Shown here: positions 1-11,956 of the stretch, piece after piece
How positions within the stretch are numbered: the first letter of the stretch is position 1
Layout: every line of letters starts with the position of its first letter
Origin: Octopus vulgaris
Taxonomy: Eukaryota
DNA length: 64,000 nt
NCBI GenBank assembly: GCA_951406725.2
Contig: OX597831.1
Coordinates: forward strand, 55,366,001-55,430,000
Direction: 5' to 3'
Made by a program: the position numbers and the translations under genes
The notes under the pieces: generated by a model
Databases searched by the model: none
The model's input: only the letters and a program-made list of their open reading frames with translations
What the model was told of the DNA's origin: nothing

Positions 1-250
1 AGCTGTAGAAAACATGCCCAAAACAGAACTTGTGAGCAAGATATCCCTGACCCACCTAGGTTGGCAAGTAGCTTTGCACAGAAACTGAGTTGGACCCTAA
101 TGACTCATCCAACCTATCATCATCATTTAATGTCTGTTTTCCTATACACATAAAAGTAGACGTAAAAGATTGATAGTGATATCCTAGTGCTTAGACACAA
201 TGTTGTGTCTCCAGTAATAACAACATCTAATCCTTTATCATTTAAAATGA

Positions 251-437
251 TCAGGTCTAGCCTGTCATACCTTACTTTACAATATCATACTAAAACTAAA
301 CAATCACATCATTGAAATCTTGAAGCTATGAAATATTTCATAAATAATTCAAACTGACATGAATGAATAAGCATTGTATTTGACAGACTAATCTGAATGC
401 TAAAGGGTTAATATAATGATATAGCTAAGAAATTCTT
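251..437. mobile_element. Partial piggyBac-type (TTAA) MITE plus flank
   Basis: Ends gctaaagggTTAA; same family as 15737-15964 and 44694-44911; near-identical to 1483-1661. Confidence 0.75.
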
Positions 438-701
438 GAGCAAACCCAGCCTTATAAGTTGACCTTTTCTTTAGAGTTTAGCCATTTTACCATTCATAGT
501 GTTTATAGGTGAAGGCATGTCTTGGTGATTAAGAAGCTTGCTTCCCAATTATGTGGTCTTTGGTTCAGTCTCACTTCACAGCAGCTTGGGCAGGCGTTTT
601 CTTGTATAGCCCTGGATTAGCCAAAACCTTGTGAGTGGATTTGGTAGTTGGAAAAACTGAAAGAAGCCCATTATATATATATATGAGAGAGTGTGAGAGA
701 G

Positions 702-738
<37 letters not shown>

Positions 739-1460
739 CTTGTGTGTACCCATGTCTAGACATGATGGTTGTAAATGGGCATCATCGTCATACAAGTGAG
801 GTAACTCATTTCCAGTCTTCCATGAGGAAATATTACCTTGCTTGGAAACAGGTGAGAGTTAGTGACAGGAAGAGCACCCTACCATAGAAAAATCTGCCTC
901 AACAAATTTCTGTCTGACTTGGGTAGGCATAAAAAAAAGGGTCCGTTAAATGGTGATGATGTTTTATAGCATAGTTACAGAGCCTCAGATTTTTGTGGGG
1001 ATCACAGTTGATTAACATCTGCCTAAAAGGATAACAGACTAAGCTAAACCCTGCTGAGACTAGAAACCACAACATGAAGAGCTATGAATAAATACCTAAA
1101 GGTATTTTTGTTTACTCTACTGTTTCTGCCTCACCCCTACCCTTCAGATCCTGCTGAGATCAATAAACTATGTAACAGCTGTCAGTTTAATGCTTATTTC
1201 TTACAAGGGCACAGTAACTTTTTAGAGTAAAGAGTGCATTCCACTGAATCAACCATTCACTGCATCTCACCCTTGCCCCCTTATCCCAAGCCCATAAAAG
1301 TTCATTGGTTTTCAGTAAGATTTAAAACTCAGAACACAAAGGAGTGCAACTAAGTACTGAAATTTAGTCCAATACGGTCTTTTTTTCTTTTTCACATTGT
1401 TTTGTTAATTTGACACGAAGCTAATTCTGTAGTTTACCTGAAAAACTTTTTCTTAACAAG

Positions 1461-2060
1461 TATGGTTGTGAACTTAAGCTGGTCAGGTCTAGCCTGTCAT
1501 ACCTTACTTTACAATATCATACTAAAACTAAACAATCACATCATTGAAATCTTGAAGCTATGAAATATTTCATAAATAATTCAAACTGACATGAATGAAT
1601 AAGCATTGCATTTGACGGACTAATCTGAATGCTAAAGGGTTAATATAGCTAAGAAATTCTTAAGCTGAAACCATGTGGTTTCAGGTTCTGTCCCACTCTG
1701 TGGCACCTTGGGCAAATGGTCTTTTATTGTAGTCCAGAGTTAACCAATACATTGTGAGTGAATTTGGTAGACAGAAACTGTGTGAGAGCCTTGTCGTGTG
1801 TGTATGTGTCTTTGTGCCTGTGTGTGTGTGTATGTCTTTATGCTGTTTGTCTTCCACCCACTATCACTGCTTTACAACTGTTGGTTTGTTTACACCCCCC
1901 ACCCCCATAATGTAGCAGTTCGCCAAATGACATCAACATAAGTACCAGGCTTAAAAAAATATAAGTATTGAGATAGATCTGTTTGACTAGACCACTTCAG
2001 GGTGGTGCCCAAGCATGGCCACAGTCCAATTACTGAAACAAGTTACGGCTAAAGGATAAA
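1461..2060 (+). mobile_element. Degenerate tRNA-derived SINE (family A) interrupted by a copied MITE segment at 1483-1661
   Basis: ccatgtggtttcaggttctgtcccactctgtggcaccttgggcaaa...ctgaaacaag matches the SINE at 7261. Confidence 0.7.
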
Positions 2061-2105
2061 AAGCATACGTGAATCTGACTCCTGGTTTCTATTTTCTCAT
2101 TTCAG

Positions 2106-2166
2106 GATAACCAAGTGATCGGCATTGGGAGCGGGTCTACTATTGCTTATGCTGTGGAAAGACTTG
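2106..2166 (+). CDS. RPIA: Ribose-5-phosphate isomerase A, first coding exon visible in the window (61 nt)
   Basis: ttctcatttcag|...|gtaagt boundaries; translates DNQVIGIGSGSTIAYAVERL, with the RpiA GxGSGST phosphate-binding motif; the N-terminal exon is not in the window. Confidence 0.96.
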
Positions 2167-2245
2167 GTAAGTCTAATTGTTTAGTTGATGTTCTTCACAA
2201 AGCCATGTGAGCGGATTTGGTAGACAGTAACTGAAAGAAGTCCCT

Positions 2246-2246
<1 letters not shown>

Positions 2247-2292
<46 letters not shown>

Positions 2293-2820
2293 GTCTGTCT
2301 ATCTACTTGTCTATCTATCTATCTGTCTGTCTATCTACTTGTCTATCTATCTATCTGTCTGTCTATCTACTTGTCTATCTATCTATCTGTCTATCTATCT
2401 ATCTGTCTGTCTATCTACTTGTCTATCTATCTGTCTGTCTATCTACTTGTCTATCTATCTATCTGTCTGTCTATCTACTTATCTATCTATCTGTCTGTCT
2501 ATCTACTTGTCTATCTATCTATCTGTCTGTCTATCCTGTCTGTCTGTCTATCTATTTATCTATCTGTCTATCTATCTATCTATCTGTCTGTCTATCTACT
2601 TGTCTATCTATCTATCTGTCTGTCTATCTACTTGTCTATCTATCTATCTGTCTGTCTATCTACTTGTCTGTCTATTTATCTATCTGTATATATATCTTTT
2701 TATCTATCTATCTGTATATATATCTATCTTTTTATCTGTTGATCTATATATCTATTTTTTTTTATCTATCTGTCTATCTAACTTTTTATCTATCTGTCTA
2801 CCTGTCTATCTTTCTATCTG
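2247..2820. repeat. Compound (CTAT)n/(CTGT)n microsatellite with higher-order units
   Basis: Directly visible; source of spurious SIYL/SVCL ORFs. Confidence 0.97.
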
Positions 2821-3270
2821 TGTGCCTGTTTGGATAATGTTCTTTCATCTCTTTCACATTTCCATTTTTATCAACAACCATTGCCAATAAGATGAAACAG
2901 TATTCTGGTGTTTCATAGCTTCCTACTCTCAGTCTCTTGTATGTTTTAATTATTGAAAACATTTTAGCTCAGTCATACACGCTTTCAGAAAAATAAAAGC
3001 AAAAGCTATATATATAGGCACAGGCATACTTGTGTGGTAGGAAGTTTGCTTTCCAAACGCATGGTTCTGGGTTTAATCCCACTGCGTGGAATAAGTGTTG
3101 TCTACTTTAGCTTTGGACCAGCTGAAGCCTTGTGAGTGGATTTAGTAGTTGGAAACTGAAAGAACCCCATTATATCAGTCTGTCTGTCTGTCTGTTCTAT
3201 ATTTAAGAGATGAGGAATTATGTACATTATTTACAGTTGATGGATATTTGTCCTCATCTTGTTTGGTGTT

Positions 3271-3314
3271 AACACAATGTTTCAGCTGATATACCCTCCA
3301 GCCTTCATCAGGGG
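3271..3314 (-). ncRNA. Degenerate hammerhead-ribozyme-like core
   Basis: Minus strand CTGATGA-A-GGCTG(10 nt loop)CAGCT-GAAAC; stems I and III not supported. Confidence 0.45.
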
Positions 3315-3550
3315 AAATTTCAAACCTAGGTTCTCATTCCTAAGGTATTTTTTGATGTTGTTATTATTATTATTCAGGTTACTGCCTGGAATTGAACTCA
3401 GAATCTTGGGGTTAGTAGCCCGTGCTCTTAACCATTACGCCATATGCCCATGGGCATATGGCGTAGTGGTTCTTTGTATGAAAAAAGTGACTTATTTCAC
3501 ACTAAAAAACCAAAATTGCTTTCTTGCCAACCCAATGTGTGTGTGTATCC

Positions 3551-3590
<40 letters not shown>

Positions 3591-4889
3591 GGTAGCTGTT
3601 GGACCCGGCATTGCTTGTGCTGTCTGTGTTGAAGTTAAGCCCACATCTGACATTGTATTAAAATCTTCAACGTTCCCCATGCCAAGATGTTATATCTAGT
3701 TCGGCAGGGATTTTACCTGGTTAACACTTTCGACATACTGGACCATTTGAAATCGCAGTCAAACTTTTGGGTGTACCTCAGCTTGTTGAGAGTGATGTTT
3801 GTTTATTTCTCTCCCCCTAATGCCACTCTCTGTACAAAATTGATCAGCATGTCCAATCTCAGCAAAATCTGAAGAAAAGTGTTATGTTTATGTCATAAAA
3901 TAGAATCCATGTGACATGTTACCCATTTACATGAAAATATCCCATTGCCTTTCAAATCCCAATATATTATGAATAACCGATGTTTCATTTGTCGAAGTGC
4001 TTAATTTTACTCATGGGTCAATTTTCTTCAAAATCAGTTCATTATTTTATTGTGAGTGAATTTTGACGATTTCTGCCTTTCACCAGTTTAATTATAATTC
4101 TACTACATGACTCTGATCATAAACTTTACCTAAATGTCAAGTTTCATCAAAATTGGATGAATTCTGTAAAAGTTACAGCATAAAATATTAATCCTATGGG
4201 TAATTGCATACAAAAAGCCTATCTATCCATTTCTTAAAATCCCCTGCTCACACGCAATTATCGATTTGGTGGGGGGGTCAACTCTTCATGCTGGCATCAA
4301 CTAATGGACATGGACTGTTATCATGTAAAATTTCTACAAAATTGATAAGAATGTCTCTAAGGAAATGCTTATTTGCATTTGTGCCCTTTTCAAACCCTTT
4401 TGAATTAAATAAACACCTTTACTGTCTCCCCTACCACAAAATTTACCTATATCTAAGATTTCATTAAAATCGGATAAAAAATATAAAAGTTTCAGCCAAA
4501 AATAAAATCCCTATAGGTATTTGCACATAAAAAAGCCTATTGATTTTATAAAACCACTGCTTGGGTGCAATTACCAATATTTTGTCAATGCCATGTACTG
4601 ATGTAAACTCACTGCCATGAGCTTCACTCATTCATTGATTTTCATCAAAAGATGCAAGAGCTGCAGGAAAAATAACATCGTTATGGGAACTTCCATTCAA
4701 ATGCCCAATTGAGCTCACAAAAATCAATGCCAGCTCAGCATTATCGAGTTTTCGAAAAATTGCAGCCTTATTTGAACTTCAGGGCATGAGATCTACCTAT
4801 GTGCCAAAAATCATTAAAATAGGTTGGACGGTGTGGGAGGACTTAGAGTAACCCCAAACACACACCATTACACATTTATGAATACAGAC
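3591..4889 (-). mobile_element. Old non-autonomous Helitron-like element
   Basis: Minus strand begins TC(tgtattcataaa..gtgtgtgt) and ends gcaatgccgggtccaacagCTAC; repeated internal tttcatcaaaa(t)tgga motifs. Confidence 0.4.
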
Positions 4890-5069
4890 GTATGTATATA
4901 TGTTATGTTTATATATTTGTTTTGCAAGATTCTTGATGTGAATTTGTGTGTTGAAACAAATATTTTTGTATTTGGGGATAGTCAACTTGCCAGTTTAGTC
5001 AATGAAAACACACACACTATATATTTGGTGTTCACTTGCTTCAGCTTTATTTTATATTAATTGTATTTT

Positions 5070-5122
5070 GGCCAGAGTTCTTTCCTCACACTTCTGTGAC
5101 CTCATGACCTCATCAGTGGTCC
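5070..5122 (-). ncRNA. Hammerhead-ribozyme-like motif
   Basis: Minus strand CCA-CTGATGA-GGTCA(8-nt dup)CAGAAGTGTGAG-GAAAGAACTC-TGG; both core strands intact, stem I CCA/TGG. Confidence 0.55.
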
Positions 5123-5705
5123 TTTGCTTTCTTCTTACTTTTTTGTGTCTCTTCTTACTAATGATCTTCCATTTTTGTATTCCTGTTGTATGTGTCTTTA
5201 TTTGTGCATGCGTGTATCCCTGTGTGTGTCTATGTTTAGAATGTGTATGGTCCCTGCATTATCAGAATCTCCTGTTTATTCACGTTCATTTAATTTACTT
5301 TTATTTATTTTATTCGTTTATTTATATTTACTTTCACATGCCACCAACACAAGGGCCAATCAGGTGGTAGTGGCATCAACCATGCTTGAATGATGTATAT
5401 GCATGTATATATGTATGTATGTATATATGTAGGTTTGTAATATCTGTGTATGTATATATGTGTGTATGTATATATATGTGTATGTATGTATATATATATG
5501 TGTATATGTATGTATTTATGCATGTATATATGTGTATGTATATATATATGTGTGTATGTATTTATATGTGTATATATATATGTATGTATATATGTATGTA
5601 TTTGCATGGCACCTTGGGCAAGTGTCTTCTGCTATAGCCTCAGGCTGACCAAAAGTCTTGTAAGTGAATTTGATAGACAGAAACTGAAGGAAACCCGTCA
5701 TATAT

Positions 5706-5753
<48 letters not shown>

Positions 5754-5804
5754 TTAAATATTTGTTGTGCAAGATATTTTATGTGAAGTCGTGTGTTGAA
5801 ACAG

Positions 5805-6090
5805 ATATTGTTATATTTCGGAATGGTCATATTGCCAGTTTAGCCAATAAAAACACACGCACTATATATTTGGTGTTATTTTGCTTCAGTTATTTTGTCA
5901 CAAATAAGAAAGAAGAAAACAAAGGACCACTGATGCGGTCACAGGAGTGTGACAAAAGAACTCTGGCCAAAATAAGATTAAGATTAGTGTAAAAAATAAA
6001 TAACACTGAAGCAAAATAACACCAAATATATAGTGCGTGTGTTTTTATTGGCTAAACTGGCAATATGACCATTCCGAAATATAACAATAT
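5805..6090. repeat. Perfect 86-bp inverted repeat (5805-5890 / 6005-6090) with a hammerhead-like remnant in the spacer
   Basis: Arms checked base by base as reverse complements; same family as 4920-5160. Confidence 0.93.
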
Positions 6091-7122
6091 ATATATATAT
6101 ATATACATACATACATAAATGCAGCCTTACATTTTAAAGATAAAAAGGATATGATTTGGTTGGTATTTTGTCAGTCATATTACGTGCCTACCGATGGCAA
6201 TGATGGACTGTATTCTTTGATTGTACTTATTTGTTGTCTTGTGCTTGAGAAATTGTCTTTGCCAGACATTCCATTGCAGCTGTGGGTAATGAGATACAAT
6301 AAGATATGTTTGTCCTCATTTCTTGTCTTGTTCCATGATCTCAATATGATATCTTAATTTTGAGAAGAATGCTGTGTTTTTTTTCTCTATATCATGTGAG
6401 GCAAGGATCACTTAGGTAGTGCTTTATACTTATGACTCCCTGAAGGTTATGTAGTTCTTGGAAACATACCACCACCACTGTCTGGTGGATCATGTGTGCA
6501 CCAACACCTTGGTACTCCAACACTCTTGACTTTTATTTTCGTTCATGCAACCCATACGGATGTTAAATATAAATGGTAGTTGTGGCAGCTGCTATTAATA
6601 TTACTATTTTTTTTTATTATTAACAACTAGATTTTTATCTTGTAAATGATATATTCTTCCCGTGTATAGGTGCTTTTAAAATATTTTATGTGATCTGAAC
6701 CTAAAGCAGTATGAAAAATATATTCAAATGATTTATGAGGAAAATTTAACCCTTTTAGCATTCAGATTGTTCTGTCAAATGTAATGCTTATTTATCCCCA
6801 TTGTCTTATGGCTTCAAGATTTTGTTGTTGATGATGTCATTATTTTTATTTAGTATGACATAGTCTAGGTATTAGAAGCCAGATGTGGCTGGTTTGAACA
6901 AAGAAAGACAAAATATTTGAGCCAAATATGGCTGCTTTCAAGGTAAATTTGAATTAAGTTATGTAAGCAAGAAAGGTTAATGGTAGAGAATAACTTTGAA
7001 TTATCACATGTTTACATAATGCTGAATATTAGAATGTCTTAATGTTTGTTTATAGAGTTGCTTCATTCACCCCTCTTTGCTGTTGTTATTGTCCTCTGAA
7101 TCTATTCTTTCTTCATTTGCAG

Positions 7123-7178
7123 CTCAACGTGTTGAGGAAGAAAAGCTGACAGTAAAATGTGTACCAACGTCTTTCCAG
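7123..7178 (+). CDS. RPIA: RPIA exon (56 nt)
   Basis: cttcatttgcag|...|gttaaa; phase matches the previous exon; (A)QRVEEEKLTVKCVPTSFQ with the conserved VPTS motif. Confidence 0.95.
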
Positions 7179-7260
7179 GTTAAATTACTTCTACTTCAGT
7201 ATCAATAATAGCGCCATTTATTTATTTATTTTAACTATTATCAACCGCATATACTTACGT

Positions 7261-7628
7261 AGGCGCAGGAGTGGCTGTGTGGTAAGTAGCTTGTTTACCA
7301 ATCACATGGTTCCGGGTTCAGTCCCACTGCGTGGCACCTTGGGCAAGTGTCTTCTACTATAGCCTCGGGCCGACCAAAGCCTTGTGAGTGGATTTGGTAG
7401 ACGGAAACTGAAAGAAGCCCGTCGTATATATGTATATATATTTATGTGTGTGTATGTTTTTGTGTTTGTCCCCCTAGCATTGCTTGACAACCGATGCTGG
7501 TGTGTCCCCATCACTTAGCGTAAGTAAGTACTGGGCTTACAAAGAATAAGTCCTGGGGTCGAGTTGCTCGATTAAAGGCGGTGCTCCAGCATGGCTGCAG
7601 TCAAAATGACTGAACAAGTAAAAAGAGA
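7261..7628 (+). mobile_element. tRNA-derived SINE, family A
   Basis: A-box-like tggctgtgtggtaa, B-box-like ggttcagtccc, internal (TA/TG)n; many copies in the window. Confidence 0.9.
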
Positions 7629-8219
7629 AAGAAAAAGAGATATGCTGTGAGTTATCTTGCCTGTCCATGACTTTCAGGTGTTTTAACACTTGGTGCTTTG
7701 AGAGAGCATTCTCCACCTCACCAAATCGCAGCCTACTGGTAAATACACGAAGCATATACATTAAGTATATGTGGCTGATAATGTTTATTACACTAGCACT
7801 GTTTCTATTTCATATTTGACCTTATTTATTTTAGTATAAAATCTACTATATTGGCTTCATATGTGGTGGAGGTGAAAATAGTTGATTGGATAAAATATTG
7901 GACAACCAACATGCCGGTTATAAATTCAAATCCACTGCAAGTATTTTGTTATGCTTCTGGACAGCTCATTTCATTTTATTTTCTGTTGTCACTGTCATGT
8001 TAGCTAAAAGGAATAGATAGCTGAATTTTGGAAACAAATCACTAAGGCTGATCACCAGATGATGCAACATACATCAGGATCATGAAAAACCAACCAATTG
8101 ATCCTTCGACTTTCATATATCAAATATATTCATATTTACTCCCTTTTTTATAAAAGAAATCTAAGAGTTACAGGCAGCTGAGTTGATAGAACACCAGCGT
8201 ATGGTTCTCTTTTTTTTTC

Positions 8220-8508
8220 TTTTACTTGTTTCAGTCATTAGACTGCAGCCATGCTAGGAACATAAACACACCAACACTGGTTGTCAAGTGGTGGTGGAAA
8301 ACAAACACAGACATAAAGACACACATGAATGCACGCACATAAACTTACACACACACACTACAGGCTTCTTTCAGATTCCCTCTACTAAATCCATTCACAA
8401 GGCTTTGATTTGCCTGAGGCTATAGAAACACTTGCCCATACAGTGGGAATGAACCCAGAACCATGTAGTTGTAAAGCAAGCTTCTTACTGCAGTCATGCC
8501 TGCACCTA
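8220..8508 (-). mobile_element. SINE family A, degenerate, inverted
   Basis: Reverse-complement similarity to 7261-7628. Confidence 0.8.
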
Positions 8509-8894
8509 TTGAAGAATTAATGATTCTGATTTCGTCAATAGTAATGTACTAAATCACTGAAAGAGATAATTAGCTCTATTCACATAGCTTTAATTGGTTA
8601 TCATTAAGAGCTACAGTAGACCATTGGTAAACTCTAAGAACACTAATGAGTATTTTGTTATGATTTTATGCTTGCCTTAAATCACCCCATGCAAGTGGGG
8701 AGAGGTTATTGAAGAACCTGTTTTGCATGTCCTTTGAAATTAAATCGGTTGTGGAGCATTAATGCTTTTATTGCTCATTATATTTTAGAACTACTTTGTT
8801 GCTTTATTTTATTGTATGAACAAGTTGAAAGGTGTTTCATGTCAAATTATCTATAAAAAAAAATGAAAAATAAATATTGTAGTGGGGAGACATC

Positions 8895-9090
8895 AAGGCG
8901 GTGAACTGGCAGGATTGTTAGCACACGAGGCAAAATGCTAAGCAGCATTTTGTCTGTCTTTATGTTCAAATTCTGCCATAGTCGACTTTGACTTACATCC
9001 TTGAAATAAGTACCTCTTGAGCACTGGGTTCAATCTAATCGACTTATCCCTTCCTCTGATATTGCTGGCCTTTTGCCAAAAGTAGAAACC
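8895..9090 (+). mobile_element. SINE family B (aaggcggcgagctggcag... type)
   Basis: Similar to 43041-43273, 52014-52248 and the cluster at 24219-25185. Confidence 0.75.
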
Positions 9091-9189
9091 AATATAATAG
9101 TGAGATATAGATTCAACTGTAGTCTGTTGATTAAATATTGTGCGAGTGTATAAGCAAGAAGAATCACTTCTGATCTTAACGTTAGTGAT

Positions 9190-9780
9190 AGAGTAGAATA
9201 CCTTCCCCCACACAAGCCCTTCATCACCCTTAAAGACTTTAAAGACAATTTTAACAGAAACCCTAAATATAGATTGATTAACCCAGCTAAAACAGAAATA
9301 GGTATAATTAGCAAAAATATCCTAGATTCAGTTGTAGATAAATTAAGTAGGGCCTTAAATTTACACCTTTGGAGCAATAGTGAGTAGGTTATAAACTGGT
9401 TTAAAATCATTAGAGATAAGAACAACTGTGACCTCGTCGAAATCAATTTACATGCCAAGAAAGCTCTTCCCTTTGTTGATGAATCAACCTGGGTCAAAAA
9501 GAATGGAGACCCTTATTTGACGTGTCAATGGGTGCACATAATGAGGCAGAATTGTGTATGTTTATAGGCATCTATATTTTATACAGCTTAGCTCAATCTC
9601 CTTCATTAAATGCAGATTATATAAGAACGATGGCCTGAAAGTCACACGAAATATGAATGGGCTTGAACTTGACAACCTCTGAAAGAATCTTATTGCATTA
9701 TTCTAAAGACTGGGCTTTAGAATTACTGTACGCGATCTGATCAATAGGTATCCACACTGTTGTCATAGTAACGAAGCTAA
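9190..9780 (+). mobile_element. Penelope-like element reverse transcriptase fragment (Naiad/Chlamys-like), decayed
   Basis: PFITLKDFKDNFNRNPKYRLINPAKTEIGIISKNILD..., then (F)DVSMGA..EAELCMFIGIY; stops and deletions. Confidence 0.75.
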
Positions 9781-9789
9781 AGGATGCAG

Positions 9790-10337
9790 AGTGAAGTAGT
9801 GATTTTCTGATTGCAGCCTTCCCGTGAAATCTGGCTTTGTACAGCTCCTGGCAAACAGTTTTTGTGGAAAGTGGGTTCTCAAGGTGGTTATTAACCTCTG
9901 CAGTAATTTTGGGAGCTGTACTTCTGTGATCCTTTCTAACAATTCGTGTAAGAGTCCGATGGTCTCTATCTGAAAGTTTTGGTTTTCTTTTGTTTCGACG
10001 AGGAGGTTTTTCCCTCTTTCTCAAAGGCTGTCATTACTTTTGAGATAGTACTTCTTGATCCACCAAACATTTCGGCTGTTTTTGTTACGCTAGCCCCTGC
10101 CATATGAGCACCAACAATTTGACGTCTTTGAAAGTCTGATAGACATTTTAATGAATTTTGATTACCTTTTTCTGATGATATCTAAAAAGAAACAGTAATT
10201 TTAGCAAAACATATTAAGCAACACTAATAATAAATCAAGAAACATAAAAATAAACAAGCATTTGATGGTTTTACAGATATTTCAAAATTATGATGCTGCA
10301 ATACTAGGCGTTTCCATTATTTTGTCCAACCCCTGTA
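9790..10337 (-). mobile_element. Tc1-like transposon 5-prime fragment
   Basis: TIR TA-CAGGGGTTGGACAAAATAATGGAAAC on minus; HTH region KPKLSDRDHRTLTRIVRKDHRSTAPKITAE...TVCQEL...FHGKAAIRK. Confidence 0.88.
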
Positions 10338-10458
10338 TATATATAAAGACACATGTGCATGCGTGTGCACATAGACATGCACAAGGTCTATTTTGTTAAA
10401 ATGATCACCTAAGTTATGCTTTTGTAACCTATAAATATAATACTTTAATAATTTCTGT

Positions 10459-10672
10459 TTAACCCTTCTGTCAACATATGCTGCTGTTGTTTCAATTCAT
10501 TTTCAAAATAATGAAGTCTTTAGCAAAATAACTTTCTCATTATTAGACTGGGATCTGGAACGAATTAGCATAAAATTTTGATGGAAGATTATAACTTAGA
10601 CCACTTTAGAACTGTAAGCTTGTGTCATAGAACCTGAGGCCGTCTCAGGCAGATAGGTATCAAAATGCTTAA
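10459..10672. mobile_element. Old piggyBac-type MITE
   Basis: TTAAccctt...aaaatgcTTAA; related to 14315-14533 and 44916-45144. Confidence 0.6.
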
Positions 10673-10861
10673 AGAGTTGGGAACACAGTGGTTTTCTCTT
10701 CTTTTTATTCTTGTCACATGAGTAATCTTTGTATCAACATGTTTTTGTGGTTAATTAGAATTATCCATAAAATTACAGTAAAGTGGCTCATAAAATGAAA
10801 ATTGTACAAAACCTTTTTCTTTTATTTAACACATTTTATGTATCTTTTATCTTAATTTCAG

Positions 10862-10921
10862 TCTCGCCAACTAATTATGCACGCAAATTTACCACTCAGT
10901 GATTTGGAGAGAACACCTGAG
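10862..10921 (+). CDS. RPIA: RPIA exon (60 nt), copy A of a duplicated exon
   Basis: taatttcag|...|gtaata; SRQLIMHANLPLSDLERTPE; identical to 11897-11956; the sequence alone cannot show which copy is used. Confidence 0.75.
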
Positions 10922-11101
10922 GTAATATTTAATATTTTAAATGCATGTTAGATTTGAGCTTTGAACTTTCATCATCATCATTTTAACATCCACTTTCCCA
11001 TGCTAGTATGGGTCAGACAGAATTTGTTAAGGATTTTTTTCCTGTCACCAATACTTACCTGCTTCCAAGTAGGATAACATGTGCCTATGACCAAAAAGGA
11101 C

Positions 11102-11706
11102 AAGCAGCACGTGGTATTTGATAATGAATCTGATGTTTCATTTTCCGAAAGTGAAAACAGTGAATCCGAGAGCTCCGACAGCGATAAAGAAAATGAATCG
11201 GCACCTGAATGGAGTGAAAATTTAAAAACTGTTTCTTTCGGTGATTTTTCTGAAGAAACTGGACCAAGCCACAGACTTTCCCAGAGACTATTTCTTTTTA
11301 CTTTTTCGAATGAGCCTATTTGAAATCATTACGGCGGAAACGAACCGTTACGCTAAATGTAAACAAAGCGAAAGAAAGGATAGTTAGTGCATGACAGTGA
11401 CACTTATTTTGTTTTACCCAATTGAATATTAGCTAATAACCCATTTTCTATAGCGATGTTTGAACAAAATTTTAATAATTTTATATTTTGTTGAATTTAC
11501 CTGTATCTACCTGCAATTAAATTATAGTATAGAATTGGTTGAGAACATTTCATTAAATTATCTTCCAAAATTCACGTTAATATATTGATAAATAAAAAAG
11601 TTATAGTTGTTTAGTGAAACCAGACTAAATTTATGATTATGTTAGAAATTATTTGAAACACATAAGGGGTGTATTTTGGTCAGAAATATAGTAACGAAAG
11701 GGTTAA
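11102..11706 (+). mobile_element. Left-truncated, rearranged piggyBac-derived element
   Basis: Nearly identical to 33894-34596; right end GTAACGAAAGGG-TTAA intact. Confidence 0.9.
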
Positions 11707-11896
11707 AGAGTTGGGAACACAGTGGTTTTCTCTTCTTTTTATTCTTGTCTCATGAGTAATCTTTGTATCAACATGTTTTTTGTGGTTAATTAGAATTATC
11801 AATAAAATTACAGTAAAGTGACTCATAAAATAAAAATTGTACAAAACCTTTTTGTTTTATTTAACACATTTTATGTATCTTTTATCTTAATTTCAG

Positions 11897-11956
11897 TCTC
11901 GCCAACTAATTATGCACGCAAATTTACCACTCAGTGATTTGGAGAGAACACCTGAG
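11897..11956 (+). CDS. RPIA: RPIA exon (60 nt), copy B of a duplicated exon
   Basis: Same sequence and splice sites as copy A; its downstream flank continues uninterrupted into the intron. Confidence 0.8.

Noticed and set aside
2307-2890. Long ORFs of SIYL/SVCL repeats, and similar YI/CV/HT/SL ORFs at 5.3-6.0, 35.4, 40.0, 48.8, 56.6, 60.6 and 62.3 kb
   Set aside because: They are translations of microsatellites that happen to lack stops; there is no domain or splice support.
7261-7340. tRNA gene
   Set aside because: The A/B-box-like head runs into a ~370-bp body present many times in the window, so it is a SINE; no full cloverleaf was found.
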